Counted from the first letter of the stretch, positions 38,716-51,598 are shown. The stretch: 64,000 bases of DNA from Antedon mediterranea (GCF_964355755.1 NC_092670.1:8236201-8300200); one strand, 5' to 3'. Translations and numbers: made by a program. Notes: generated from the sequence alone by a model not told the origin.

Positions 38716-39812
38716 TATGTCTGAGGGTTGTACCCTCTCTGAGGTAAAAAAGGTCTTCTCTGTGTAGTGTATGGGGCATATCTGCCTACTTGTCCCTGGT
38801 TTTTCATAATCCTCCCTTCCAGTTTTGAATCAGTCATAACCTGTTTTAAGTCATTGCCAAATAGCATTCTTTCAGGTTTGTTTGTTCTTAAACATGCATT
38901 TTTGAGGTCTGTGCTTAGTAGCGGTCTTAATGTGTCCCTCCTTTTATACGATAACTCTTTGTTGACAAAACCCAAGAGGGCTACAGAGTCAAACAGGCGG
39001 GTAGCTGTTAGCTTATAATCAGGAGCCTTTTTGGATTCTTTCGCCTTAAGCATATCTTCGATACAAATAGCAATGGCACTTGTGGCCTTTACAACTGAGT
39101 CCTGTAGGGCTGCTACACGCAGATCCCTTTGTTTATTAAAAGACTTCAGTTCATTCCAAATTTGGTCATTTACTTTTGGTACATATACTTCTTTTAGATT
39201 ACCCAGTATCTTATATCTCTCAATGATAGCCTTGCGCTTATCTAGACTCAGTGCAGATTCAAATTTAGCATTTATTATCTTTGCGATTTTTTCCGATATG
39301 TCAGGCCCAACAGTGTTGTCAATACATAGGGACGAATCTATTAGATTAAGGATGGAGTCTACATTTTCCTCCTCCACCTCTTCAGCCTCTTCAAAATCAT
39401 CCCCTCCGAATATGCTCAAGGCCTCATCCTCCGATATGGGGTGATTATTTGAGTTATCATTAGAGGTATGTGCTGCATGTGCAGTATTTGATGCTTCCTG
39501 TGAAGCTGGAGTGTATGCTTCCTGTGAAGCTAGTGTGTATGCTTCCTGTGAAGCTGGTGTGTTAATTGCTTCATTTGAAGACAATTGAATAGGCTTGGCT
39601 CTACTAAGATCGCCCAACAGTGTATTAGTCTCTGTCATACTACGCTGCATTGCAGCTAACACATTTACAAGCGATGAGCCTTTCGCTGTTGGCGATAGCG
39701 GCGGGGTCTCTTCGGGATCCGTCTCTTCATCGCCTACTACAGCAGGAAGCGCGCCGGCGGGAAAACCCTCGCTTGACCTAGGCCTAGTAGAAATGTAATC
39801 ACTGTTCTCCAT
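38712..39812 (-). CDS. DIRS gag-like ORF1 (366 aa) with three 8-aa TPASQEA repeats
   Basis: Position upstream of pol; VPKVN..IW, RRDTLRP, LFGNDL motifs typical of DIRS ORF1. Confidence 0.8.
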   Translation of the reverse strand: MENSDYISTRPRSSEGFPAGALPAVVGDEETDPEETPPLSPTAKGSSLVNVLAAMQRSMTETNTLLGDLSRAKPIQLSSNEAINTPASQEAYTLASQEAYTPASQEASNTAHAAHTSNDNSNNHPISEDEALSIFGGDDFEEAEEVEEENVDSILNLIDSSLCIDNTVGPDISEKIAKIINAKFESALSLDKRKAIIERYKILGNLKEVYVPKVNDQIWNELKSFNKQRDLRVAALQDSVVKATSAIAICIEDMLKAKESKKAPDYKLTATRLFDSVALLGFVNKELSYKRRDTLRPLLSTDLKNACLRTNKPERMLFGNDLKQVMTDSKLEGRIMKNQGQVGRYAPYTTQRRPFLPQRGYNPQTY

Positions 39813-40575
39813 AGAGAAAACAAGAAATAACCTGTTCTAAAAAACGGTCTGTAGTGTCTATATACTTATCTGAATTGACCAGTCTAGATGGAAATTCTAC
39901 AAAAACTTTGAAAACTGTAGTTTGGAAATTTATTCTTCTATCTGATAAGTGAAAATGACTAGCAGCATGTACATGAAAGGGTACAACTGGCATACATTAC
40001 ACATGCGCGGTACTCTCTCGTACTACTCCGTAGCGACATAGGCTGATGACGAAATAGAACTAATAATTAATAGTAATAAATGGTTTTGGTTATAATTATT
40101 GACTTGTAAAATATATTCGTAAGTCTTTTGCTAAATGAATGTCGATTTAAATTGAATAGTCTCTTTCTATTAAGGCTTGACTAGGCCTGTAGTAAAAAAT
40201 CGTAGTGTTAGTATGCCCAGCAAAAAAAAAAGTGGGAGGGCAAGCAAAACCCTGATCCCCCTGAGCCTATACCGGACTATATAATAAGTATTTATATCAG
40301 CCTTATTATATATATATATAGTAAATTAAAGAACTACAACATCGTTTTAGTCATATGGTACACTACCACCCATCTTTGAGTGAATATTCCTGGAGTTGAA
40401 TCCTTTGTTATAAAAAAAAATGCATACCGTTCACAAATTTAATATTAAAACAATCCATTTGTTTAAATGTTTTTGTTAAAATAAGTGGTACAGTAATTGG
40501 AAATATAACAAACATAATAAAGTAAAGAAAAAGAGTAATCAAAATTATAAATAGAGAAAATATACTCGTTTTTTG

Positions 40576-41519
40576 AATTGAACTCGTCACGGTGACGAGT
40601 TAGGCTATCCCGCAATGCATCGTAACATACAGATGCTATATATTAGGCTTAACCTACAGTAAGCTGCACCACAACTATTGTTGAAACAGCATAGCATCGA
40701 TCAAAATCGTTCAACAAGCGTCAACAGTTGACTGTATTGGCATTGTAGACGGTTTAGTTGACGGTTAGTTTTTATTTTACACCGCTCACATTTATTTAAT
40801 TGTTTGAATATGATGAAATTTTCAAATTAAAAATAAAGTTAATGTGTCTGAAGGAGAATGTTTTAAGTAATAACGTTATTGAAAATTGGAAGGAAATTGA
40901 TAACGTGTATGCGATATGCGCTCTATTGAATGTGACGAACTGTGTCGAAAGAGAAAAAATTCCTATATTTTACATTTGTGTGGCCATATGCCCGTGTGTC
41001 ATTATTTTTTCATTCATAATTCATCAAATATGAAAGAAATATATCATAAAACTATAAAAAAACAATATTCAAGCACAAAAACGGGCTTTCTATGCTGCGT
41101 ACGGGCTAAGTGCGCCAAAGCGTGCGCGGAACGCACATCTGAAATGCTTAAAATGTCCTGAAACGTGTAGAAAGTTGATTAGAAATTGATTTTGAGCATT
41201 TTTAACTTTCAAAGCGTGCTTACGCACAAAAATACCAATGTTGAAAATTTTGCTGATGATACAGGAAGATGACCCTTGACATGAAGCATACATGTGTCAA
41301 GTGGTATTTAAAAATATTTATTGGTTTTCAATTTATAGTCAATCTACGCGAAAATATTTTCATTAAACCAAAGTTTCTTGCACAACTACATATATACGCG
41401 CATCTGCTGGCAAACTTACAACATAACTGCTACCGCCGTATTTTAGATCTGCATGCAACAAAAAATGAGCAAAAAAATTGAAATTTTTGACAATAACAAT
41501 AGATAGCGATAGCCTAATA
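40576..41519 (-). mobile_element. Helentron-like non-autonomous element, both ends present
   Basis: Hairpin AACTCGTCAC-G-GTGACGAGTT next to TAGGCTATC (40601), inverted GATAGCCTA at 41508, CAATAACAATAG as at the end of 4447-6005. Confidence 0.65.
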
Positions 41520-42044
41520 AAAATAATAGAAATCAATTTTAGAAAAGAAAACTTTAAGTTTAAATTTTGCATATTAATTGTATTTTGGAATGAAGTTATT
41601 GACATATTTTTAAAGTTTAAAGTAATATAAGTGCATTCTAGCTTTTAGATGAACGATAAGTAAAAAGGTTTGTTGCCTTGAAAACAATTCCAGGTGGGGA
41701 AAACTAAATCGTATTCTAATAGTATTAAAAGTCAATTTTTACTTCACAAGCTGCATCTATTTCAGCTTCGGTTACAGTACCTGCTTTTGCTGTCTGGAAT
41801 AATAATACAGTACTGTATTTAGTAATGTATTATTATAAATAATTTGTAAACTATGGAAGTTTTCTTCCATAGTTATTTATAATTTTTTTAGCCTACAAAA
41901 GTTTCATTCTTTTTGCCTTTTTAGTTGTTTTTTATGGATATATTATCTTTAAACAAATCAGTGAAAACAATTCTCAAACCATGAATAGTCTATTATTATT
42001 AGTTAATTTAACAACATATTTTCTTTCAGATTACAGAATACAGC

Positions 42045-45000
42045 ATGAAATATAAATGTGAACACTGTGGAGTTAAGTTGGAATTCAGTGACTTGAAAGA
42101 ACATTTAGGATTACACACTCATTCTAAAGAAATAAAATGTGAGCTCTGTGAACATACAATTGACAAGTGTAAGTTACATAACCAGACACCATATGAATGT
42201 GATCATGAGGAGGAAGGAAATCGGAATTTGAAAAAACATTTGAGGACAAACACAGGAGAGACACCATATGAATGTGAGCATGAGAGGGAAGGAAATCGGA
42301 ATTTGAAAAAACATTTGAGGACAAACACAGGTGAGACACCATATGAATGTGAGCATGAGAAGGAAGGAAATCGAAATTTGAACAAACATTTGAGGACAAA
42401 CACAGGTGAGACACCATATGAATGTGAGCATGGGAAAGAAGGAAATCGGAATTTGAAAAAACATTTGAGCACAAACACAGGAGAAACACCATATGAATGT
42501 GAGCATGAGAAGGAAGGAAATCGGAATTTGAAAAAACATTTGAGCACAAACACAGGAGAAACACCATATGAATGTGAGCATGAGAAGGAAGGAAATCGGA
42601 ATTTGAAAAAACATTTGAGCACAAACACAGGAGAGACACCATATGAATGTGAGCATGAGAAGGAAGGAAATAGGAATTTGAAAAAACATTTGAGCACAAA
42701 CACAGGAGAGACACCATATGAATGTGAGCATGAGAAAGTAGGAAATCAGAATTTGAAAAAACATTTGAGCACAAACACAGGAGAGACACCATATGAATGT
42801 GAGCATGAGAAAGAAGGAAATCGGAATTTGAAAAAACATTTGAGAACAAACACAGCAGAGACACCATATGAATGTGAGCATGAGAAGGAAGGAAATAGGA
42901 ATTTGAAAAAACATTTGAGCACAAACACAGGAGAGACACCATATGAATGTGAGCATGAGAAAGTAGGAAATCAGAATTTGAAAAAACATTTGAGCACAAA
43001 CACAGGAGAGACACCATATGAATGTGAGCATGAGAAAGAAGGAAATCGGAATTTGAAAAAACATTTGAGAACAAACACAGCAGAGACACCATATGAATGT
43101 GAGCATGAGAAGGAAGGAAATCGAAATTTGAACAAACATTTGAGCACAAACACAGAAGAGACACCATATGAATGTGAGCATGAGAAGGAAGGAAATAGGA
43201 ATTTGAAAAAACATTTGAGCACAAACACAGGAGAGACACCATATGAATGTGAGCATGAGAAAGTAGGAAATCAGAATTTGAAAAAACATTTGAGCACAAA
43301 CACAGGAGAGACACCATATGAATGTGAGCATGGGAAAGAAGGAAATCGGAATTTGAAAAAACATTTGAGAACAAACACAGGAGAAACACCATATGAATGT
43401 GAGCATGAGAAGGAAGGAAATCGAAATTTGAACAAACATTTGAGGACAAACACAGGTGAGACACCATATGAATGTGAGCATAAGAAGGAAGGAAATTGGA
43501 ATTTGAACAAGCATTTGAGGACAAACAAAGGAAAGACACCATATGAATGTGAGCATGAGAAGGAAGGAAATCAGAATTTGAAAAAACATTTGAGGACAAA
43601 CACAGGAGAGACACCATATGAATGTGGGCATGAGAAGGAAGGAAATCGGAATTTGAAAAAACATTTGAGCACAAACGCAGGAGAGACACCATATGAATGT
43701 GAACATTGCGGGAAGAAATTCAAATGGAAGTCAACTTTTAAAACACATTTGAGAACACACAAAAGAGAGACACCATATGAATGTCAAAATTGTGGAAAGA
43801 AATTTAAACAAAGCTGGAATAGGAAAATGCATTTGAGAAAACACACAAGAGAGACACAATATGAATGTGAACATTGTGGTAAGAAATTTAAACAAAATGG
43901 AAATTTAAAGATTCGTTTGAGAAAACACACAGGAGAGACACCATATGAATGTGAAAAAGAGAAGGAAGGAAATCTGAATTTAAAAAAACATTTGAGCACA
44001 AACACAGGAGAGACACCATATGAATGTGAGCATGAGAAGGAAGGAAATCTGAATTTGAAAAAACATTTGAGCACAAACACAGGAGAGACACCATATGAAT
44101 GTGAACATTGCGGGAAGAAATTCAAATGGAAGTCAACTTTGAAAGCACATTTGAGAACACACAAAACAGAGACACCATATGAATGTCAAAATTGTGCGAA
44201 GAAATTTAAGCAAAGCTGGAATTTGAAAATGCATTTGAGAAAACACACAAGAAAGACACAATATCAACGTGAACATTGTGGTAAGAAATTTAAACAAAAT
44301 GGAAATTTAGAGATTCGTTTGAGAAAATACACAGGAGAGACACCATATGATTGTGAACATGGTGGTTGGAAATTGAAACAAAATGGAAATCGGAAACATT
44401 TGAGAAAACACACAGGAGAGACACCATATGAATGTGAACATTGTGGAAAGAAATTTAAACTAAATGGAAATTTGAAGATACATTTGAGAATACACACAGG
44501 AAAGACACCATATGAATGTGAACATTGTGGTAAGAAATTTAAACAAAGTGGTGATTTGAAAAGACATTTGAGAACACACACAGGAGATACACCATATGAA
44601 TGTGAACATTGTGGTAAGAAATTTAAACTCAATGGAAATTTGAAAAGACATTTGAGAATACACACAGGAGATACACCTTATGAATGTGAACATTGTGGGA
44701 AGAAATTTAAACTAAGCTGGAATTTGAAAATGCATTTGAGAACACACACAGGAGAGACACCATATGAATGTGAACATTGTGGTAAAAAATGTAAACACAA
44801 TGAGGACTTGAAAAGACATTTGAGAATACACACAGGAGAGGCACCATATGAATGTGAACATTGTGGTAAGAAATTCAAACAAAATGGGGATTTGAAAAGA
44901 CATTTTAGAATACACACAAGAGAGACACCATATGAATGTGAACATTGTGGTAAGAAATTTAAACAAAATGGAAATTTGAAAATGCATTTGAGAACACACA

Positions 45001-45776
45001 CAGGAGAGACTCCATATGAATGTCAACATTGTGGACAGAAATTTAAACAAAATGGAAATTTGAAAATGCATTTAAGAACACACACAGGAGAGACACCATA
45101 TGAATGTGAACATTGTGGTAAGAAATGTAAACACAATGGGGACTTGAAAAGACATTTGAGAATACACACAGGAGAGGCACGATATGAATGTGCACATTGT
45201 GGTAAGAAATTTAAACTAAATGGAAATTTCAAGATTCATTTGAGAACACACACAGGAGAGACACCATATGAATGTGAACATTGTGGACAGAAATTTAAAC
45301 AAAATGGAAATTTGAAGATACATTTGAGAACACACACTAGAGACGCACCATATGAATGTGAACATTGTGGTAAGAAATTTAAACAAAATGGAAATTTAAA
45401 GATGCATTTGAGAACACACACAGGAGAGGCACCATATGAATGTGCACATTGTGGTAAGAAATTTAAACACAATGAGGACTTGAAAAGACATTTGAGAATA
45501 CACACAGGAGAGGCACCATATGAATGTGAACATTGTGGTAAGAAATTTAAACAAAATGGGGTTTTGAAAAGACATTTGAGAACACACACAAGAAAGGCAT
45601 CATATGAATGTGAACATTGTGGTAAGAAATTTAAACAAAATGGGGTTTTGAAAAGACATTTGAGAACACACACAAGAAAGGCATCATATGAATGTGAACA
45701 TTGTGGAACGAAATTTACACGGAATGCTACTTTGAATGCACATTTAAAAACACATAACACACCTTATGAAATTTAA
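42045..45776 (+). CDS. Zinc-finger protein A' (1243 aa): N-terminal module, 20 tandem + 2 degenerate 25-aa repeats, mixed block, 16 canonical C2H2 fingers
   Basis: Uninterrupted 3.7-kb ORF after acceptor TTTCTTTCAG (42029). Confidence 0.9.
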   Translation: MKYKCEHCGVKLEFSDLKEHLGLHTHSKEIKCELCEHTIDKCKLHNQTPYECDHEEEGNRNLKKHLRTNTGETPYECEHEREGNRNLKKHLRTNTGETPYECEHEKEGNRNLNKHLRTNTGETPYECEHGKEGNRNLKKHLSTNTGETPYECEHEKEGNRNLKKHLSTNTGETPYECEHEKEGNRNLKKHLSTNTGETPYECEHEKEGNRNLKKHLSTNTGETPYECEHEKVGNQNLKKHLSTNTGETPYECEHEKEGNRNLKKHLRTNTAETPYECEHEKEGNRNLKKHLSTNTGETPYECEHEKVGNQNLKKHLSTNTGETPYECEHEKEGNRNLKKHLRTNTAETPYECEHEKEGNRNLNKHLSTNTEETPYECEHEKEGNRNLKKHLSTNTGETPYECEHEKVGNQNLKKHLSTNTGETPYECEHGKEGNRNLKKHLRTNTGETPYECEHEKEGNRNLNKHLRTNTGETPYECEHKKEGNWNLNKHLRTNKGKTPYECEHEKEGNQNLKKHLRTNTGETPYECGHEKEGNRNLKKHLSTNAGETPYECEHCGKKFKWKSTFKTHLRTHKRETPYECQNCGKKFKQSWNRKMHLRKHTRETQYECEHCGKKFKQNGNLKIRLRKHTGETPYECEKEKEGNLNLKKHLSTNTGETPYECEHEKEGNLNLKKHLSTNTGETPYECEHCGKKFKWKSTLKAHLRTHKTETPYECQNCAKKFKQSWNLKMHLRKHTRKTQYQREHCGKKFKQNGNLEIRLRKYTGETPYDCEHGGWKLKQNGNRKHLRKHTGETPYECEHCGKKFKLNGNLKIHLRIHTGKTPYECEHCGKKFKQSGDLKRHLRTHTGDTPYECEHCGKKFKLNGNLKRHLRIHTGDTPYECEHCGKKFKLSWNLKMHLRTHTGETPYECEHCGKKCKHNEDLKRHLRIHTGEAPYECEHCGKKFKQNGDLKRHFRIHTRETPYECEHCGKKFKQNGNLKMHLRTHTGETPYECQHCGQKFKQNGNLKMHLRTHTGETPYECEHCGKKCKHNGDLKRHLRIHTGEARYECAHCGKKFKLNGNFKIHLRTHTGETPYECEHCGQKFKQNGNLKIHLRTHTRDAPYECEHCGKKFKQNGNLKMHLRTHTGEAPYECAHCGKKFKHNEDLKRHLRIHTGEAPYECEHCGKKFKQNGVLKRHLRTHTRKASYECEHCGKKFKQNGVLKRHLRTHTRKASYECEHCGTKFTRNATLNAHLKTHNTPYEI

Positions 45777-45858
45777 ATGGAAGCCAACTTTGAAAGCACA
45801 TTTGAGAGAACACACAAGAGACACAATATGAACGTGAACATTGTGGGAAGAAATTTAA

Positions 45859-46032
<174 letters not shown>

Positions 46033-46990
46033 TAAACAAAATGGAGAATTAAAAATATGGAACAGACCATATGAAGTGAACATTGTGGTAAGAAATTTAA
46101 ACTAAATGGTTGGAATTTGATAATGCATCTAAGAATATACATAGGAGAGACACCATATGAATGTGAATATTGTGGACATAACAGAAATTTAAACAAAGTG
46201 TGGATTTAAAAAGACATTTAAGAACACAAAAAAATGATGAAACACTTTGGGGAAAAAAATAAACAAAATGATACTTTCACACCACACACAGAAGAAAGAC
46301 CATGTGACGATTATGGAAGAAATGCAATCAAAGGGGTGATTTGGAAAGACAGAACAAAATGTAAGAAATACACCAACACAAAACAGTTGGGGTGGGGGCG
46401 GAAATTAACAAAATGAAAGCACCCAGAAACTGATATTTCGGCCCAAGTTAAAAAATGTGCCCAAATATGGTAGTGATATGACATGTCCATAAATGGGTCA
46501 CAATTTTTTTGTCTCATAAATTTTGATAGCGTAGACAGCTTTAGAGCAACAAAAAAATATAAATTTTGTGGGAAAATATTTGTACTTTTGAACACACAGT
46601 GGTGATTTGAAGGAACATTTTAGAAAACAAACAAGAGATACACTACATTATTATAAATGTGAACATTGTGCGAAGAAATTTAAAGTGATAATTTGAAAAG
46701 ACATGTGAGAATTCACATGAGAGAGAATTAATAGGTTAAGTTTGAATATTTTTTGGGGAAAATCAACAGAAATATTTATTTCAGATAAATGAGTTACTAT
46801 AATGCAGTACTCAATAATTTGAGCCATAATAATTGAAGAATATAATTATGTAGATTACTGTATTCCCTGATACAAAAAACTAATACATAGAAGTTTTTAA
46901 AGAGTTTTAAGATTTAATATTATAAAACAATGTCAATCAAGCAAATCAAACAAAATAGATAATAATAAACCATTCCAAAGTGAGAATTTA

Positions 46991-47595
46991 AAAAAAAAAC
47001 ATTTTAGAACTCGCACAATGAATCTGAATATTGTGAGAATAAAAAAAACATTTTAGAACTCGCACAATGAATCTGAATATTGTGAGAATAAAAAAAAACA
47101 TTTTAGAACTCGTACAATGAATCTGAATATTGTGAGAATAAAAAAAAACATTTTAGAACTCGCACAATGAATCTGAATATTGTGAGAATAAAAAAAACAT
47201 TTTAGAACTCGCACAATGAATCTGAATATTGTGAGATAAAAAAAAACATTTTAGAACTCGCACAATGAATCTGAATATTGTGAGAATAAAAAAAACATTT
47301 TAGAACTCGCACAATGAATCTGAATATTGTGAGAATAAAAAAACATTTTAGAACTCGCACAATGAATCTGAATATTGTGAGAATAAAAAAAAACATTTTA
47401 GAACTCGCACAATGAATCTGAATATTGTGAGAATAAAAAAAAACATTTTAGAACTCGCACAATGAATCTGAATATTGTGAGAATAAAAAAAACATTTTAG
47501 AACTCGCACAATGAATCTGAATATTGTGAGAATAAAAAAAAACATTTTAGAACTCGCACAATGAATCTGAATATTGTGAGAATAAAAAAAACATT
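46991..47595. repeat. 49-50 bp ZF-derived minisatellite, 12 units
   Basis: Shares unit-3 (CGTACA) and unit-5 variants with 181-785. Confidence 0.95.
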
Positions 47596-48201
47596 TAAAA
47601 ATATACACTGCAGAGACACAACACAATATAAATGAAATTTGTGGAAAAAGATTTAAAACTAATATTCAACAACATTTAAGATTACATTTGAGGATACACA
47701 CAAGAGAGAAAACATACTGTACTGTATAAATGTTAATGTTCTGTGTGTTGCTGTTTTTTGTTTTGTTTAAAGTACACACACACTTTCAATTCTAAATGTA
47801 CACTCTTTTACTTATTAGTTGGTAAATTGTTGTTATAACATTTATTATAGTACTATGATACCTAGGACTTAATTATTGTATTATTTTAATTCACTTTTTT
47901 ATAACATTATACATTTTTGGTTTTGTTTACTCTTTGTTTCGTTTGTGATATTTTTTTCAAAAATTATAATAAACCTTTTCTATGATTTATAATGTACAGT
48001 AGCCTTCCTATGTAATAAAGCCTTTCTATGATTTTTATTTCAAAGTAACAGTTTTCTTTTATAGTCGGTTTTTGTAACAATAAAATCAAGTTTTATTCAT
48101 ATATATTCAAGGTACTGTATAATATACTATTTTCTTTGTGTATATTTGTAAACACATGGCGACACAACAAGGGATAGATAGATAGTAGTTTGTATTTTAT
48201 A

Positions 48202-48310
48202 TTTTTAGTCGCGTGGACGCGACTCTATAGTTCACTATGTCGGTCGGTCGGTCTGTCGGTCCGGTATCACTATGTGTTTTAGCACGCGACTTATTGCTGT
48301 TGGCCTTGTT
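48202..48310 (+). mobile_element. Short DINE-1/HINE-like element
   Basis: Paralog of 2041-2147 with an intact CACGCGACT subTIR. Confidence 0.7.
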
Positions 48311-49560
48311 ATGTTGAAGTTGAGGTATTCATGAGCAGAGGTACACTATAGGTTATGTTTTGGAAAAAAAAGTGTATACTGTAGTCATTAGAATTTTAAA
48401 GTACTGTAGTTATATTATAGATAACTGATTTTGCTGCAGTTTTGCAATCGATCAGAATATTCAAAACTTAATGTTGTTACGTGTTGTCAAAAGAATTGAC
48501 ACAACAATGTAACACTCAATCCAAGGAGTAACAACTCTCTTCTAAATCCAATTATCTAATTATAGTGGAATTTCAATACAATTCTACATAATTGGCGTTA
48601 TACAGTATACTGTAAAGGCAGTGACGATCCACTATTAGATCTCTAGATAAAGCCTTTCTCCACCCACTCTACACAATGGTAGAGTGGGTCGATTATAATG
48701 TCTCGGGGCGTTACTCAACAAGTACTCTTACGGCATCTAAATAGATAATTCAATTTGCTTAATTATACTCTCAACCAATCAAATACCGTAAATAAGTACT
48801 TGTCTGCCAGTCTATGATCCTATTTATTGCTGAGGAATGCCATTCAGTTGTATACAGTGGCAGCGAGAGAACGACTGAGGAAGACGATAATTATCATTGA
48901 GGTAGGTACACGTTCCTAAACTGAAATATTGATTATGAGACAATCGGCGTGTGTGTTTCTTATAATTGTTAGCAGGATACTCGAAAATGTATTGCCGATT
49001 TTCTTAAGATTTTAACGGATAGGTTCATAGCTGTATGGGAACACGTTATTCAATTTCATATGACTAGTAGATCAAATATCAAGCTGACCACAGCAATGGA
49101 AAGTTTCACCATAGGGATTTTCATTGCTTATTACGTATTTGTTGATATGTGGCATTGGCCCTCGCAATTAACACTCTAACTATCTATTTTGTTTGTAACG
49201 TATTGTATAGGGCTTGGTTCTATTTGATACGGCTTGGTAATTAGGAGGACCCCGATTTATGTTTCTTTTCCCAGAAAAATAGTAGGCCTAATGCCTTAAA
49301 ATAACGCAAGCTAATATCACTCAAATTAATCCGTTACCATTAGGCCTCAGTAAATCTAATTAAAACAAAAGCTGTATACACGACATTAAAGTCGAATACG
49401 CCAATTTTAAATTCTTTGACATTATTCTGTTACAAAACTACTGTATGTACATAAGTTTGTTTTTCAATATAGTGTAGCTAACATGAATAGTACTACTAAG
49501 TATAGCCTGGAGGAAGTAGAATTATAGTTTTGACAATTGTATTTTTTTATAGATTTATTG

Positions 49561-50921
49561 ATGAATGAATATGACTTCAACAAAGAAGAATTTAACAGTG
49601 TAAATACCAACATGAAATGCAAATGTGAACACTGTGGAGATGAATTTGAGTTCAGGGATTTGAAGGAACATTTAGGAATACACGTACATAGTAAAGAGTT
49701 TAAATGTGAAAACTCCGAGGATTTTCTGCTAAATGGCCAAACACCATATTATGATTTTGAACATTGTAGGCCTAGAATTGAAGAAAGTAAACATTTTGGA
49801 CTACCCATTGTCGAAAAATCTTCATATGAATTTGAACATTGTCGAAATGACGAAAGTGAGAATTCAAGTAACACTGCCGTAGAAGCTTCGTATGAATTAG
49901 AACATTGTCGAAATGAAGAAAATGAGAATTTGGGAAACACCGTATACTAAATCTGATGAAAATTGTGGAACTGAAGAAAGGGGTGATTTGGGAATTCACA
50001 CTTTCGAAGAAACTTCGTTTGGTTGTGAAAATTGTGGGAAAGTGATGATTTAACAAAACCATTTTAAAATTCACACAAGAGAGACACAACATGAATGTGA
50101 ACATTGTGGGAAGACATTTAAACAGAATGCGAATTTGAAAAAGCATTTGAGAATACACACAGGAGAAGCACCATTTGAATGTAAACACTGTGGGAAGAAT
50201 TTTAAAGAAAGGGGGAATTTAAACAAGCATTTGCGGATGCATACAGGAGAGAAACCATATGATTGTGAATACTGTGGGAAGAAATTTAGATCTAGTGTAA
50301 ATTTGACAAAACATTTGAGAGTACACACAGGAGAGAAGCCATACGAATGTGAACAGTGTCAAAGGAAATTTAAACACAGTGGGCAATTAAAAATACATTT
50401 TAGAACTCACACAGGGGAGACACCGTATGGATGTGAACATTGTGGAAAGAAATTTAAATAGAGAGTGATTTTGAGAGAACATTTGATTGAGAATACACAC
50501 AGGAGAGAAACCATATGAATGTATATTTTGCGCGAAGAACTTTAGAACTAGTAGTTATTTAAATATACATTTGAGATTACACACAGGATGCAAATCGTAT
50601 GAATGTGAATATTGTGGACAGAAATTTATCACTAATGGGACTTTAAAAAAACATTTGATAATTCACACCGGAGAGACACCTTATGAATGTGAGCATTGTG
50701 GAAAGAAATTTGAACATAATGGATATTTAAAATTACATTTGAGAATACACACGGGAGAGAAACCATATAAATGTGAACAATGTGGAATACAATTTCAATG
50801 GGATAAAACCTTCAAAAGGCATCTAAAAACACACACACACAGACACTCTTTAAATGAAAACACTGTGCTATCATCTTTAAATTCAATTACATTATTACCA
50901 ATCAATCAATTACAAAATTAA
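49561..50921 (+). pseudogene. ZF gene B', frameshifted
   Basis: Near identical to B, including lesions. Confidence 0.85.
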
Positions 50922-51598
50922 AACTTACATATTTCTTTTCACTCTGATTGTTAAAGCATTTGATTGAAAAGATGGAATTTCTCAATATAAAATATTGTGT
51001 TTTGGTAAAGATATGAGGCACATATATTTTTTATTCTGTAGATGGATTCATGACAGAGAAATCAGTTAACTGAACATTTTGTTTAAGTTTTTCATATCTC
51101 CCTTTATTTTATGTTATTGTAAAGTGTATTGATTTTATGTATCGTATTCCTCGTTTTCGTCAGTCACAAAATAGTGTAATTATTATTTGTACAGTGTTAC
51201 CGCTAGAATAGGCCAAAATAGTAACAATCGGTAATATTACGTGTGTTTACTCGCTTTTGAAATCTTTTCAATGCAAATTAAAGAGAAATAATATCAAATT
51301 GTACCATTCTAAAAATATTAACAGTAAATATTCGTGCAACAATTTTTAAACAAAATTAACTAGGGCAACTACATTGTAAATTATTGCATCTCTAAATTAT
51401 TTATGGAGTGCTACGATGACATGACTGATCTATTATATTTAAGTTATTGAAATGTTATTTCAATGTGATTTCATTATAACAGTGTTTACAATGTTATAGG
51501 CTTTGATTTATTTTTATATTTGCTTTCATTTTAATTACTTATATGTATGCAATCGTGTTTTCAATCAAATAGTTTATAGGCCAGTGTGTTTTGGAGTA

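Larger units (their letters stand above)
33945..40059 (-). mobile_element. Full-length DIRS1-like tyrosine-recombinase retrotransposon (inactivated)
   Basis: gag, RT/RNaseH/MT and YR ORFs; ITRs (39986-40059 vs ~33992-34058); ICR 34133-34260 complementary to both termini. Confidence 0.93.

Noticed and set aside
40041-40059. CTGATGA-C-GAAA hammerhead-like core at the DIRS end
   Set aside because: No room for stem II and no convincing stems I/III; explained as ITR sequence
42124-45760. Long minus-strand ORFs (MFTFIWC..., HIHMVSLL..., CSHSYG...)
   Set aside because: Antisense shadows of repetitive ZF codons; the same occurs over every ZF array
42045-45776. Assignment as PRDM9 or a named vertebrate ZNF
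   Set aside because: No SET, KRAB or SCAN domain visible; similarity is generic, so no gene symbol is given
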